A program made the translations under genes and the position numbers. Under the pieces are notes generated by a model. It was not told the DNA's origin. It made no database searches and saw only the letters and a program-made list of their open reading frames with translations. Of a DNA stretch of 64,000 nt, positions 27,452 to 36,898 are shown piece after piece (the stretch's first letter is position 1; each line of letters opens with the position of its first letter). Where the stretch lies: the sequence record LR588166.1; one strand, written 5' to 3'.

Positions 27452-28482
27452 TTAGAATACCGGAAGAAATTTTTGTAGGAACTAGAATTCCCAATACATC
27501 AGGAACACAAAAAACTAACCAAATTCCTGCAGGTGGAATGTGTCCTTACGAAAAAACAAGACACCAGAAAATGGAGTCTATAAATAGATATTATAAAAAT
27601 AGCACTACTGTATACGCAAACCAGCCCTTGCCGGGATTTACTATAATTAAATCATCAACTTGGCGAGGAAATACTAGTCTGTGGACTGTATGTGATCCTA
27701 GAGGGTTTACAATAGAGATAAGCTCAAACAACATTACTTCTATTCTAAGTTGTGGCAGCATCTCAGAAGGATTAATCCAAGACAAATGTGTGTGGGGATA
27801 TGATTCTGGCGAAAACGTGTTAATACCAGAATCGTCTAGTCTATATAAATCTGCCAGAGAAAATACTAAACTATTAGAGTCGAAAATTAAATTATCCGAA
27901 GTTCCTATAGGATCTTGGGTGAAATTAAAATCTAAAGTAGAGTGCGTATATCTAGGATCATTTAATTTTATAGAACTTTGCGGACAATATTATTATCAAA
28001 CTAAGAGTCATTCATATGAATTACTATCTACTGCAAAGAAAAAATTGCTCTTTGCAAAAATAGATAATATTAATAATACATTAACATATTTTATAGAATC
28101 TACAAATAAGATTGCAACTGTAGGTAATGTATTAGATGAGTTTAGTGACAAAGATGTAAATAGGGATAATTTTAATAAAATTGCATCAGATCAATACACT
28201 AAACTAGACAAATACGATTGCATTGTGCCTTTTAATATCTTTGGTGCATTTAACAAAAAAGTAGAAATAGAAAATGTAAATGTATCTAGTGATATAGACG
28301 AACATGCATATTCTATAAAATTAATGTACCACGTAATGGGACATTTTACACTTGGTAGACGCAATTATAATTATTATATATTTATACCGGATGGCACGCA
28401 TAAATTATCTGTAGACTGGAATTCTAGAAATCCATTGCCAAGTACAACAGAACACGGATATTTGAATATTAAATTTAAATAA
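27448..28482 (+). CDS. hypothetical protein
   Basis: 344 aa; PLPGF..W..CDPRGF.IEI..CVW segment. Confidence 0.7.
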   Translation: MIRIPEEIFVGTRIPNTSGTQKTNQIPAGGMCPYEKTRHQKMESINRYYKNSTTVYANQPLPGFTIIKSSTWRGNTSLWTVCDPRGFTIEISSNNITSILSCGSISEGLIQDKCVWGYDSGENVLIPESSSLYKSARENTKLLESKIKLSEVPIGSWVKLKSKVECVYLGSFNFIELCGQYYYQTKSHSYELLSTAKKKLLFAKIDNINNTLTYFIESTNKIATVGNVLDEFSDKDVNRDNFNKIASDQYTKLDKYDCIVPFNIFGAFNKKVEIENVNVSSDIDEHAYSIKLMYHVMGHFTLGRRNYNYYIFIPDGTHKLSVDWNSRNPLPSTTEHGYLNIKFK

Positions 28483-28961
28483 TGAACATATTAGATAAAA
28501 AATGGAAAACCAGGTTAATAGAATTAACTAAATTAATAGCGTCTTGGTCTAAAGATCCATCTACTAAAACGGGTGCATTAATTGTAACTAAAATCGGAGA
28601 ACCTGTTAGTTTTGGGTTTAATGGATTTCCGAAGGGAGTAGATGACGACGAATCTCTTTATAATAATAGAGAGTTTAAGTTATTAGCGTGCGAGCACGCA
28701 GAGCGAAATGCAATATATCAAGCCACTGTATCATTAAAAGGATGTGTTTTATATACAACTCATCATCCGTGTGCATCTTGTGCAAGGGCTATTATTCAGT
28801 CCGGAATAACACATGTTATAATAGACGAATCTATATTAATACAAGACACTGGATATAATGACCGATGGACAGAAGAATTAAAAGTATCTAAATGGCTATT
28901 TAATCAAGCAAACGTAACAGTATTAACGTCAGGGGATGACAACAATGAGCACAAACAATAA
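28482..28961 (+). CDS. dCMP deaminase (ComEB-like)
   Basis: SKDPSTKTGA, GFNG, HAERNAI, PCASCARAIIQSGI. Confidence 0.93.
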   Translation: MNILDKKWKTRLIELTKLIASWSKDPSTKTGALIVTKIGEPVSFGFNGFPKGVDDDESLYNNREFKLLACEHAERNAIYQATVSLKGCVLYTTHHPCASCARAIIQSGITHVIIDESILIQDTGYNDRWTEELKVSKWLFNQANVTVLTSGDDNNEHKQ

Positions 28962-29346
28962 TTATACTAAATTTGTACAGAAACTACTTAGTGAACCGAG
29001 TTCTAATTTTGATGCATATATCGATGCACTAAAAAAGCTCAAAGCAAATGGCTGTAAGATAGAAACATTAGATACTGCAAGCCAAGGTATGCTAGCAGAA
29101 TCGGGTGAATTTGGGGAAATTGTTAAGAAACTTAAATATCAAGGAAAAGAATATACAGATGATGTGGTATATCATCTAAAACGAGAATTAGGCGACGTAA
29201 TGTTCTATGTTGTTTCGGCTTGTATTGCACTCGATATTTCTCTAGATGAAATAATTGGCATGAACGTGGAAAAACTAGAGGCACGGTATCCGGGAGGAAA
29301 ATTTAATGTCTATGAATCCGAAGTTCGGAAAGAATCCGATATATAA
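28936..29346 (+). CDS. MazG-like nucleotide pyrophosphohydrolase
   Basis: GMLAESGEFGEIVKK...RELGDVMFY...NVEKLEARYP. Confidence 0.9.
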   Translation: MTTMSTNNNYTKFVQKLLSEPSSNFDAYIDALKKLKANGCKIETLDTASQGMLAESGEFGEIVKKLKYQGKEYTDDVVYHLKRELGDVMFYVVSACIALDISLDEIIGMNVEKLEARYPGGKFNVYESEVRKESDI

Positions 29347-29743
29347 CAATATTTATAAAGATATAAGTGGTCAAAGCGACGTATCTAGTGATCCATTTAA
29401 ATTATATAATAATCCGTTAATGACTCATTTTGATGTAGCAGAACACATATGTTTTGTCAAAACAGTATGCGGAAGGATTGTACCGTTATGCAATATATTA
29501 GAACTTTCCGAAAAAGTTACGGTCGATTGCGACGTAGGAATTGTGGATATAATCTCAGATAACCAAGCGCAGCTTTATATAAATTGCAAAACACAGGGAG
29601 GAACTGCATGGTATGGGGTTGATGTGTCACCTGATAATTATAGAGAATGTTTGGGTGAGGAATTCTATTATCAAAATTATGCTATAGTGAAACATGCAAT
29701 TATCTTGGCTTGGACAAAATATATGTTGCAACATGCGCAATAA
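29306..29743 (+). CDS. hypothetical protein (start uncertain)
   Basis: 145-aa ORF fills the gap after the MazG gene. Confidence 0.55.
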   Translation: MSMNPKFGKNPIYNNIYKDISGQSDVSSDPFKLYNNPLMTHFDVAEHICFVKTVCGRIVPLCNILELSEKVTVDCDVGIVDIISDNQAQLYINCKTQGGTAWYGVDVSPDNYRECLGEEFYYQNYAIVKHAIILAWTKYMLQHAQ

Positions 29744-29790
29744 TAATATATTATAAGTACAAATCAACATAACTACCGGGTATCAACGCA

Positions 29791-30060
29791 ATGTCTACGA
29801 ACAGCAACGCCAAGGATGTTAAGTTCGAAATCGACTTCGACGACGTTGAGCAGTTTAATAAATTTGTTTCTTTTATGAACAGTCAGTTTGGTCATGGTAG
29901 AAAAAATTGGTCGGCAGGATCGCCGCGGTATTCTATTAAACGGATTCTCTCGCAGCGTTCTGCCCGGTTTGTTAGAACTAAAAAACCGTTTCCGGTTCGT
30001 GTGTACAATACCGACATGGATGCCGAACATATTCTTGTTCTAATAAAACTTTGTTTATAA
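29791..30060 (+). CDS. hypothetical protein
   Basis: 89 aa, co-oriented with neighbours. Confidence 0.6.
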   Translation: MSTNSNAKDVKFEIDFDDVEQFNKFVSFMNSQFGHGRKNWSAGSPRYSIKRILSQRSARFVRTKKPFPVRVYNTDMDAEHILVLIKLCL

Positions 30061-30074
30061 TAAAAGGTAAGGGA

Positions 30075-30335
30075 ATGAAAGTATTAGTCACGGAAGACTC
30101 AACAATAATACCACTAAACACAATTGCTGAAGTTAAGTACCAGAAATCCACAGAAGAGTATGTAGTTTCTTTTATATCTGGAAAAATTAGAATAGAAATT
30201 CTAACAAAATATGGGCGTACTCATATAGTAAATTTAAGGGATCAATCAAATATAGATGCATCATTTGCTAATGCTAGTGATGAAGTTATTTATAAAAAAT
30301 TTCTAGATTCGTGGATTTTGTCGCTGAAACCTTAG
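30075..30335 (+). CDS. hypothetical protein
   Basis: ATG at 30075 with a GGGA SD. Confidence 0.6.
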   Translation: MKVLVTEDSTIIPLNTIAEVKYQKSTEEYVVSFISGKIRIEILTKYGRTHIVNLRDQSNIDASFANASDEVIYKKFLDSWILSLKP

Positions 30336-30568
30336 GCAACTTTTTGAAAAGAAAGATGCTAAAAATTACGATTAAATCTGATTATAATAATACAAGAAAA
30401 ATTAGAAAATGGCTATTTACTGAGTTTAGAAATGATATAGGGTGGCACGACATGTTTAAAGACGGAGAACGATACGAAGTATTTTATTTTAATTCACCCG
30501 AATCTGAAATAATAGCTAGGATAAAATACCCATATATATTTATTAATGGAATATCAGAAAGAACATGA
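30311..30568 (+). CDS. hypothetical protein, distant WCxEN-like
   Basis: IRKWLF...W...FYFNSPESE; start may be 30356. Confidence 0.55.
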   Translation: MDFVAETLGNFLKRKMLKITIKSDYNNTRKIRKWLFTEFRNDIGWHDMFKDGERYEVFYFNSPESEIIARIKYPYIFINGISERT

Positions 30569-30900
30569 AAAAATTATATTCCGATTATTTAGTATCTGAA
30601 GATAATCCCTTGATGTACATGAGCACTAAACCTGTTTATTATAGTAGATGGTCGCCTGCTTGTAAGGATTACTCTAGTGATGAAATAGATTCATATAGAA
30701 GAAAAATAGTTAATATAATAAAAGACATGCGCCGGACTTCTGAATTCGTCGGAGTAGCTATAGACGCCAATGACTTCAAATATATTGCTTTTAAGAATCA
30801 CGACGATGCTGTGTATTTTACTCTAAGTGTTGGATCTGAATTTACTAGAGTATATGCATGGCGCACTGGTTTACTTTTTCATATAACGACAAATGACTAA
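30565..30900 (+). CDS. hypothetical protein
   Basis: IAFKNHDDAVYFTL resembles the WCxEN-family C-terminal motif. Confidence 0.6.
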   Translation: MKKLYSDYLVSEDNPLMYMSTKPVYYSRWSPACKDYSSDEIDSYRRKIVNIIKDMRRTSEFVGVAIDANDFKYIAFKNHDDAVYFTLSVGSEFTRVYAWRTGLLFHITTND

Positions 30901-31195
30901 ACACTGGGACCTATCAAAGTATTCTGTAGATATAGGCGGCGAAGACGGAAATGTATTTTTCCTTGTGGCAAGAATAAAACGAATAATACAAGAATTATAT
31001 TCTTCAGAAGATTCTATAATATTTGCTAAAATGGCTTGGTTTAAAGATTATGAAGCCATTGGGATCGATGCGAAACCGACATACTCAGATATACTAAACA
31101 GAATTATAGAACTTACAAATATTACCTACATTAGTACATATAAATTGCCACTAGACGACGTACATTATACGCTTTATACTACGCATATACTTTAA
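30893..31195 (+). CDS. hypothetical protein
   Basis: GEDGNVFFL motif; overlapping start. Confidence 0.6.
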   Translation: MTKHWDLSKYSVDIGGEDGNVFFLVARIKRIIQELYSSEDSIIFAKMAWFKDYEAIGIDAKPTYSDILNRIIELTNITYISTYKLPLDDVHYTLYTTHIL

Positions 31196-31217
31196 TAACC
31201 GCCGCTGGAGACATGCA

Positions 31218-31718
31218 ATGGCAACTGTGAACCAAAAAAATACTTCTGTAAATGCCCAAGCTACCGATGCAAATGCAGATCCACTAGCGCACCGCAAGGT
31301 AATCGGGGAAAAAGAGAAAAAAGCTATTGCTCGTAAAATGCGAGTATTGCGACTGAAATATTTTTTCGCCGAATTAAAGGAAAAAATTTGCAGTATTCGT
31401 TTTACTAAACATCATCTAATTCATTGGCGAAATACTATGTGGCTCAACGCTGCATTTTTTCTCCGCGGCTTAGTAGGGATTATGACCTTCGGCCTTGTTG
31501 AGTTAGAACTAACTGGCAAACCGTCTACTTACCGAGCTGTTTCTGCTGCTGTGCTCCGAGAGAACCTGGAGCGACAGCTAGCAGAGACAGAAGCATATAA
31601 GTCCGGAGAACAAGTCCTAGTAGGTACTAGTAGTTCGGATTCAAAACGGCAAACAGTTGCCGATGCGAGTGAAGATGAGTTGGACGACTGGCTCAAGCAC
31701 TTTTCTGGACGCAGCTAA
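31218..31718 (+). CDS. hypothetical protein
   Basis: 166 aa; SD GGAG; visibly higher GC. Confidence 0.7.
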   Translation: MATVNQKNTSVNAQATDANADPLAHRKVIGEKEKKAIARKMRVLRLKYFFAELKEKICSIRFTKHHLIHWRNTMWLNAAFFLRGLVGIMTFGLVELELTGKPSTYRAVSAAVLRENLERQLAETEAYKSGEQVLVGTSSSDSKRQTVADASEDELDDWLKHFSGRS

Positions 31719-31733
31719 GACCTGCATAGTTGT

Positions 31734-31763
31734 AAAAGGGCACTTGACAAGTGCCCTTTTTTT
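31734..31763 (+). terminator. terminator containing a -35 hexamer
   Basis: aaaagggcacttg-a-caagtgccctttt ttt. Confidence 0.8.
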
Positions 31764-31773
31764 GCCATATAAT
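31744..31773 (+). promoter_or_regulatory. sigma70-type promoter
   Basis: TTGACA-18nt-TATAAT. Confidence 0.65.
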
Positions 31774-31793
31774 ATAGGAAAAGGAATTTCTAT

Positions 31794-32090
31794 ATGATTA
31801 ACGGCGATTGGTCTAAATTAACAGACGAAGAATTGCAGTCTAGATTGATGAAAGCAAGGGAATATTTAAATCAAGCACATATGGCTGGCCATCATACATT
31901 AATACACAGTGTAGAAATAACACTGGCACAACTAGAAGAAGAATACGAATACAGGATGACCAAGGCACGTAATGAGCAATTAACAAAAGAAAATATGGCA
32001 AAAGGTATAGATCCCCTTGCTCCTATTAATTTAGGTAAAGTATCGGGTGACCCAACTGCATTAGACCGTATAACAAAAAGGAACAAATAA
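31794..32090 (+). CDS. hypothetical coiled-coil protein
   Basis: 98 aa; SD AAGGA. Confidence 0.7.
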   Translation: MINGDWSKLTDEELQSRLMKAREYLNQAHMAGHHTLIHSVEITLAQLEEEYEYRMTKARNEQLTKENMAKGIDPLAPINLGKVSGDPTALDRITKRNK

Positions 32091-32798
32091 ATGTTTGCTG
32101 ACGTACAAGGGTTTTATTCTTTTAAAAGAAAATTTAAAACACACGTTCTTACTTCTGTATTAAAAGAAACTGAATGGGAAATTATAATTGGATTCGTTCC
32201 TGCAAAGGATGCAAGCAACGGAGAAGATTTAATTGATTTTGAAGTTCAAAAAAATATAATAGATTACTGGATTTCTAATTACGTAGAAGGCAGTATTATC
32301 GTTGATATGAGCGATACTAGAATTTCTATGTTGTATGATATAGCAGAAAATAACATAATAGGTGTTCCTAGTTTTCCTAAAGATTTAAAAACGCTAGCAA
32401 TGGTTTTTCATTCTAAGATTTCATCTATAACAGATGGTAAGCTATCTATAGGTGACATTATTATATCAGACGATAGTAATTTTAGTTACACATTTGGAAA
32501 ACATGTAGATGAAATATACGATCTTCCTACAATAGACGATATGTTTCCTAATGAAGATGAAAAACCTATATGGGACGTGCCGTGGTGGGATAGGGTTGAT
32601 GTAGATACATTTGATTATGTTCCTGATTTAGAAAATCGTACATTAGAAGAAGTACAAATGTCTGTTTGTACAAGACATGTGTTAAATGATATTAACGATA
32701 AGTTCGAAGCTGCAATAAAAGAAGAATTGGGTATAAATGTAGAAGCTGAAGACAATGTTGTAGACATAGTTGATGTTTTAAATGAACGACAAATATAA
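32091..32798 (+). CDS. hypothetical protein, possible degenerate QueD/T-fold
   Basis: weak pattern similarity to QueD without the His ligands. Confidence 0.55.
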   Translation: MFADVQGFYSFKRKFKTHVLTSVLKETEWEIIIGFVPAKDASNGEDLIDFEVQKNIIDYWISNYVEGSIIVDMSDTRISMLYDIAENNIIGVPSFPKDLKTLAMVFHSKISSITDGKLSIGDIIISDDSNFSYTFGKHVDEIYDLPTIDDMFPNEDEKPIWDVPWWDRVDVDTFDYVPDLENRTLEEVQMSVCTRHVLNDINDKFEAAIKEELGINVEAEDNVVDIVDVLNERQI

Positions 32799-33291
32799 TA
32801 GAAAAGAAATAACTATATCAACAGGCATAAATATCCTTTTGCAAGGGAACCAGCTGGGAGATCCACTCTTTGTTGACAACGAAGACATAAACAAGTATAA
32901 TATGCACGTAGAACAAGTGTTAGGGTTGCATAAACTTAATACAACGAAACACTTAACCTGTTCTGTTGATGAATTTCATGAAAAAATGTCTTCAGAATGG
33001 TTTATGCCACCGGAATTTAAAAATATAGATATAGATTCTTTTATATTAAATTTATGTGACACTAATGCACAAAAAGAAAGAGTATTAATGGAACTGAAAC
33101 TCTTTCAAGAACGCGGTTTATACAATATGCTAAGATTTATGATATATTTTGTATCATATATGAGGGAAAATTGCCTTATCTGGGGTGTGGGTCGCGGGTC
33201 TAGTGTTGCATCTTATGTATTATTTTTAATAGGCGTGCATAAAGTAGATTCACTAAAATATAATTTAGATATAAAAGAATTTCTAAAATAA
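32782..33291 (+). CDS. truncated DNA polymerase III alpha (DnaE)-like protein
   Basis: ERV..EL.LF...GVGRGSSVASYVLFLIGVHKVDSLKYNL, then stop. Confidence 0.85.
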   Translation: MNDKYNRKEITISTGINILLQGNQLGDPLFVDNEDINKYNMHVEQVLGLHKLNTTKHLTCSVDEFHEKMSSEWFMPPEFKNIDIDSFILNLCDTNAQKERVLMELKLFQERGLYNMLRFMIYFVSYMRENCLIWGVGRGSSVASYVLFLIGVHKVDSLKYNLDIKEFLK

Positions 33292-33303
33292 AAGGAGTTA
33301 ATT

Positions 33304-33645
33304 ATGCAAAAAAAATCTAACAATGGCGTATTAGTAGATATGGATTCACTCCGTATTCAAAATGAAAATGTAGTTGCAGTAGGAAACATGAATGTTAACG
33401 CAAAAGGCGACAAGTTGGGTCCAGGTGGCGAAATTATAGAAACTGCCGCCGAGCGAGTTCACAGATACCATTCTGAACATCAAACAGAAACTGCAACAGC
33501 TTCTATCAAACCCAATCTAGATGAAGAAGATGAGCACGAAGAAGTAGTACAACCTAAAAAAGTTACAAAAGAAAAACGTAAGAAAGAAATTATAGATGAC
33601 GAAGGGAACATTACTATAACAGAAGATAGTAATAAAGATATTTAA
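33304..33645 (+). CDS. hypothetical protein
   Basis: AVGNMNVNAKGD.LG.GG motif; SD AAGGAG. Confidence 0.7.
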   Translation: MQKKSNNGVLVDMDSLRIQNENVVAVGNMNVNAKGDKLGPGGEIIETAAERVHRYHSEHQTETATASIKPNLDEEDEHEEVVQPKKVTKEKRKKEIIDDEGNITITEDSNKDI

Positions 33646-33646
33646 A

Positions 33647-33973
33647 ATGAATATAATACCACTTCATAACAATATTATTGTAACTAATTTTAAAAAAGGC
33701 GAACGCACGGTAGGCGGTATTATTTTTACAGATGATAACGGTAAGTCACACGGCATCCGCGCTCGGTGGGCACAAGTATCCCATATAAGAGAAGATCAAA
33801 AAGATACATTTGTTGTAGGCCAATGGGTGTTAATTAAGCACGGGCGCTGGTCCCGTCCAGTACACACTACAGATCAAAATGTATATTACTGTGCTGAAAT
33901 AGATTCTATTTTATTGATATCCGATGAAGAGCCAGAAGACAATATAATAGTAGAAACACGAGTTTATAATTAA
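33647..33973 (+). CDS. groES: GroES-like co-chaperonin
   Basis: IIPLHNNIIV, TVGGII mobile loop, VGQWVL. Confidence 0.85.
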   Translation: MNIIPLHNNIIVTNFKKGERTVGGIIFTDDNGKSHGIRARWAQVSHIREDQKDTFVVGQWVLIKHGRWSRPVHTTDQNVYYCAEIDSILLISDEEPEDNIIVETRVYN

Positions 33974-33986
33974 GGCATAATATCTA

Positions 33987-34916
33987 ATGAAAGAATTATG
34001 GACAGAAAAATATCGTCCTAAAAAAGTAGAAGATTACGTATTTACTAGTGAACAACAAAAGAAGCAAGTACAAAGTTGGATAGACAATAAAAGTATTGGA
34101 AATCTTTTGCTTACTGGTACGCCCGGTGTAGGCAAAACTACTTTAGCCAGGTTACTGTTAAATGAATTAGGAGTAATGGATGCCGATTGTCTGTTCATTA
34201 ACGCATCTAGAGATAACGGTGTAGATTTTATTAGGGACACAGTTAGTGGATTTGCTTCTACATTACCGTTCGGCGATTTTAAATATATTATACTAGATGA
34301 GTGCGACCATTTAAGTATAAATGCACAAGCAACACTTCGTGGAATATTAGAGCAATATTCAAATTCTTGTAGATTTATTCTTACAGGTAATTATCAAAAT
34401 AAAATTATCCCTGCATTACACAGTCGTTGTCAGAGTTTCCACGTAGAAAAAGTAGATGAAGTCGAATTTACTACACGAATGGCGACTATACTTTTAAATG
34501 AAGGCATTAGTTTTGAATTAGAAGTGTTAGACGATTTCGTAAAATCTACGTATCCTGATCTTAGAAAATGCATTAATGTACTTCAGCAGAATACAACTAG
34601 TGGTGTATTAGAAATACCGCAAGCATCTAGTGTAACAACAGAAGATTATAAGATTAGTGCAATTGCTCTGTTTAAAAATGGAAAATATTCCGAAGCAAGG
34701 CAACTTATATGTAAACAAATACGACAAGAAGAGTATGATGATATGTATAGGTTTATGTATGATAATTTAGATCTTTGGGGTGATACTGATGATCAAAAAG
34801 ATAGTGCAATTCTTATTATTAGAAATGGCTTATCTAAACACTCATTAGTTGCTGATCCGGAAATAAACTTATCAGCAACAATTATAGAACTAGAACGAAA
34901 CAGACGAGGACTTTAA
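33987..34916 (+). CDS. clamp loader small subunit (RFC/T4 gp44-like)
   Basis: WTEKYRP, GTPGVGKT, ILDECD, LHSRC, PDLRKCIN. Confidence 0.95.
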   Translation: MKELWTEKYRPKKVEDYVFTSEQQKKQVQSWIDNKSIGNLLLTGTPGVGKTTLARLLLNELGVMDADCLFINASRDNGVDFIRDTVSGFASTLPFGDFKYIILDECDHLSINAQATLRGILEQYSNSCRFILTGNYQNKIIPALHSRCQSFHVEKVDEVEFTTRMATILLNEGISFELEVLDDFVKSTYPDLRKCINVLQQNTTSGVLEIPQASSVTTEDYKISAIALFKNGKYSEARQLICKQIRQEEYDDMYRFMYDNLDLWGDTDDQKDSAILIIRNGLSKHSLVADPEINLSATIIELERNRRGL

Positions 34917-34917
34917 T

Positions 34918-35280
34918 ATGGTTTCAACTAAACGAGCATACATTGTACTGACTCATCGATATTCACTAAAGAAATACACTAAAGACCAATGGGAAGTAAC
35001 AGAAGAGTGTTCATTTCTTAATAAATTGCCGAATTCTGTGTTGCTTCAATCGTCTGTTATTTTAGATGCAAAGACAGAAACTGTATATAAAAATAGAACA
35101 GAAGGCAATGCATCATATAACGAAATTGCAAAATATGTTGCCGAAAAATATCCCATTCAGTTTGGGCAATTTTATAGCCTTTTAGGTAAAGAGAATCCAT
35201 TTGCAATAAAAGAATCAAATACTGCCAGCGAAGAAACCACAGAACCCGAAAATAGCGAGACAGAATCTAGTGAGCAATAA
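34918..35280 (+). CDS. hypothetical protein
   Basis: 120 aa in operon. Confidence 0.65.
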   Translation: MVSTKRAYIVLTHRYSLKKYTKDQWEVTEECSFLNKLPNSVLLQSSVILDAKTETVYKNRTEGNASYNEIAKYVAEKYPIQFGQFYSLLGKENPFAIKESNTASEETTEPENSETESSEQ

Positions 35281-35866
35281 TCTTATACTAGTAGATGTTG
35301 ATGGTGTACTTTTAAAATGGTATCCCGAATTTTTAAATTTTTTGAAATCTAAAAACCTTATACCGCAAGATAGTAATATTGTTGCATCTACGTATGATAT
35401 GGCATCTGACTTAAAATTAGATAAAGATGCCATTAATGAACTTATAACAGAGTTTAATAATTCTAGTGCAATGCGATATCTGTCTCCCATGGATAACGCA
35501 GTAGATGCTATTAATAAATTAAAAGATAAAGGATTTAGTTTTGTTGCTATTAGTAGCTTAAGTGGGAAAGAACATGCACTAGATAATAGAAAATACAATA
35601 TCTCTGAAGTATTCGGCAAAGAAGTGTTTGATGAAGTCCACTGCATAGAGCCTGGACTAAGTAAAGAAGAATTGTTAAAGAAATATTCTAAAGATGCAAT
35701 TCTCTGGATAGAAGACCATCCAGGTAACGCAGAATTAGGTCACAAACTCGGTATAAAAACTGTTCTTGCACTTCATCCTCATAATACAAATGTAAAAACT
35801 TCTAAAAATATTATAAGGATTGATATAGACAAACTTTGGACCGAAATAGAAAATATTGTAAACTAA
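35270..35866 (+). CDS. HAD-family 5'(3')-deoxyribonucleotidase-like protein
   Basis: LVDVDGVL, WIEDH motifs. Confidence 0.85.
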   Translation: MSNNLILVDVDGVLLKWYPEFLNFLKSKNLIPQDSNIVASTYDMASDLKLDKDAINELITEFNNSSAMRYLSPMDNAVDAINKLKDKGFSFVAISSLSGKEHALDNRKYNISEVFGKEVFDEVHCIEPGLSKEELLKKYSKDAILWIEDHPGNAELGHKLGIKTVLALHPHNTNVKTSKNIIRIDIDKLWTEIENIVN

Positions 35867-35868
35867 CA

Positions 35869-35902
35869 AAAATAAAACCCTAACTAGTTAGGGTTTTATT
35901 TT
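35869..35902. terminator. terminator 1 of a convergent pair
   Basis: aaaataaaaccctaac-ta-gttagggttttatttt. Confidence 0.8.
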
Positions 35903-35920
35903 GGGTTTAATAATTAGACA

Positions 35921-35950
35921 AAATAAAAGGGGCATATGCCCCTTTTATTT
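35921..35950. terminator. terminator 2 of a convergent pair
   Basis: aaataaaaggggca-ta-tgccccttttattt. Confidence 0.8.
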
Positions 35951-36722
35951 AATTAATGTCCTTATACATTTCTAAAATATCTTCAATCAGTGGATGACGT
36001 TTAATATCCTTTGAAGTAAATTTAATGACACTTATGTGTTTATTGCCGCCTGCTTTATCGAGTCTTTCTAAGAAATCTTTTAGTCCATTTATTTCGAAGC
36101 CCCGATCGTGTTGCTCTATATCGCCGGTAACAATCATTTTACAATTCTCACCTATTCTTGAAAAAAGCATTTTAGACATGTTAGGCGTTGTATTCTGTAT
36201 TTCGTCTGCTAATATAACACAATTTTTAAATGTTCTGCCTCTCATATATGCAAGGGGAGCAATTTCTATAATTTCTTCCATAAGCATTTGTTCTATTTCG
36301 ACAGGGGAATAATATTCTTTAAACACATCCATTATTGGTATTACCCAAGGAGCCATTTTATCTATTAGCGTGCCTGGCAAAAAACCGTGTTCTTCGTCGA
36401 CTGATACTGCTGGCCTAGTAATTACAATCTTATCGCATTTACCTTCTTTATATGCTTTAATTGCATACATAGATGCTAGTAATGTTTTTCCAGATCCCGC
36501 CGGACCTGTTGCAAATACAATGTGCTGTGTATCGTCTTCTAATGCGTCTACATATTCTTCTTGTGCTAAGCTTTTTGGTATTAGCTTAACTTCTTGTTTT
36601 CTTTGTATAGATCTTACTTGTTTAGTATTAGTAGACGGCTGAACAACATTGTTAGTTACTAGATGAAAGGTACTGTTAGGACCTTCGCTTGCTCGAGCTT
36701 TGCGCTTATCACGTTGTTTCAA
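35949..36722 (-). CDS. phoH: PhoH-family ATPase
   Basis: minus strand (track label is wrong); TTG start with GGAG SD; GPAGSGKT, GFLPG, YMRGRT, DEIQN, GDIEQHD, RHPLI. Confidence 0.95.
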   Translation of the reverse strand: MKQRDKRKARASEGPNSTFHLVTNNVVQPSTNTKQVRSIQRKQEVKLIPKSLAQEEYVDALEDDTQHIVFATGPAGSGKTLLASMYAIKAYKEGKCDKIVITRPAVSVDEEHGFLPGTLIDKMAPWVIPIMDVFKEYYSPVEIEQMLMEEIIEIAPLAYMRGRTFKNCVILADEIQNTTPNMSKMLFSRIGENCKMIVTGDIEQHDRGFEINGLKDFLERLDKAGGNKHISVIKFTSKDIKRHPLIEDILEMYKDIN

Positions 36723-36792
36723 AAGTATGACTCCTGGTTAAAATCTTATTTTTAGTGTGATAATATGTATAAAGACCTAATCTTTACATTGT

Positions 36793-36799
36793 TATTTAT
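36793..36799 (-). promoter_or_regulatory. late promoter core for phoH
   Basis: ATAAATA on the reverse strand. Confidence 0.45.
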
Positions 36800-36868
36800 G
36801 TGTGTTATTATACATTAAGACTTAAGAAAAATCTACATCTAATTTTAAATATTAAGATTAATGTGTAG

Positions 36869-36875
36869 ATAAATA
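36869..36875 (+). promoter_or_regulatory. late promoter core ATAAATA
   Basis: 23 nt upstream of the ATG at 36899. Confidence 0.55.
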
Positions 36876-36898
36876 TAATATATTATTTGGATAGTAAA

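Noticed and set aside
28482-35866. dCMP deaminase, MazG and HAD nucleotidase as a novel system
   Set aside because: These are routine nucleotide-pool enzymes of large phages with nothing atypical in their motifs.
25145-36722. Plus-strand labels in the ORF track for 25145..25531 and 35949..36722
   Set aside because: Both translations read only from the reverse complement, so they are reported as minus-strand genes.
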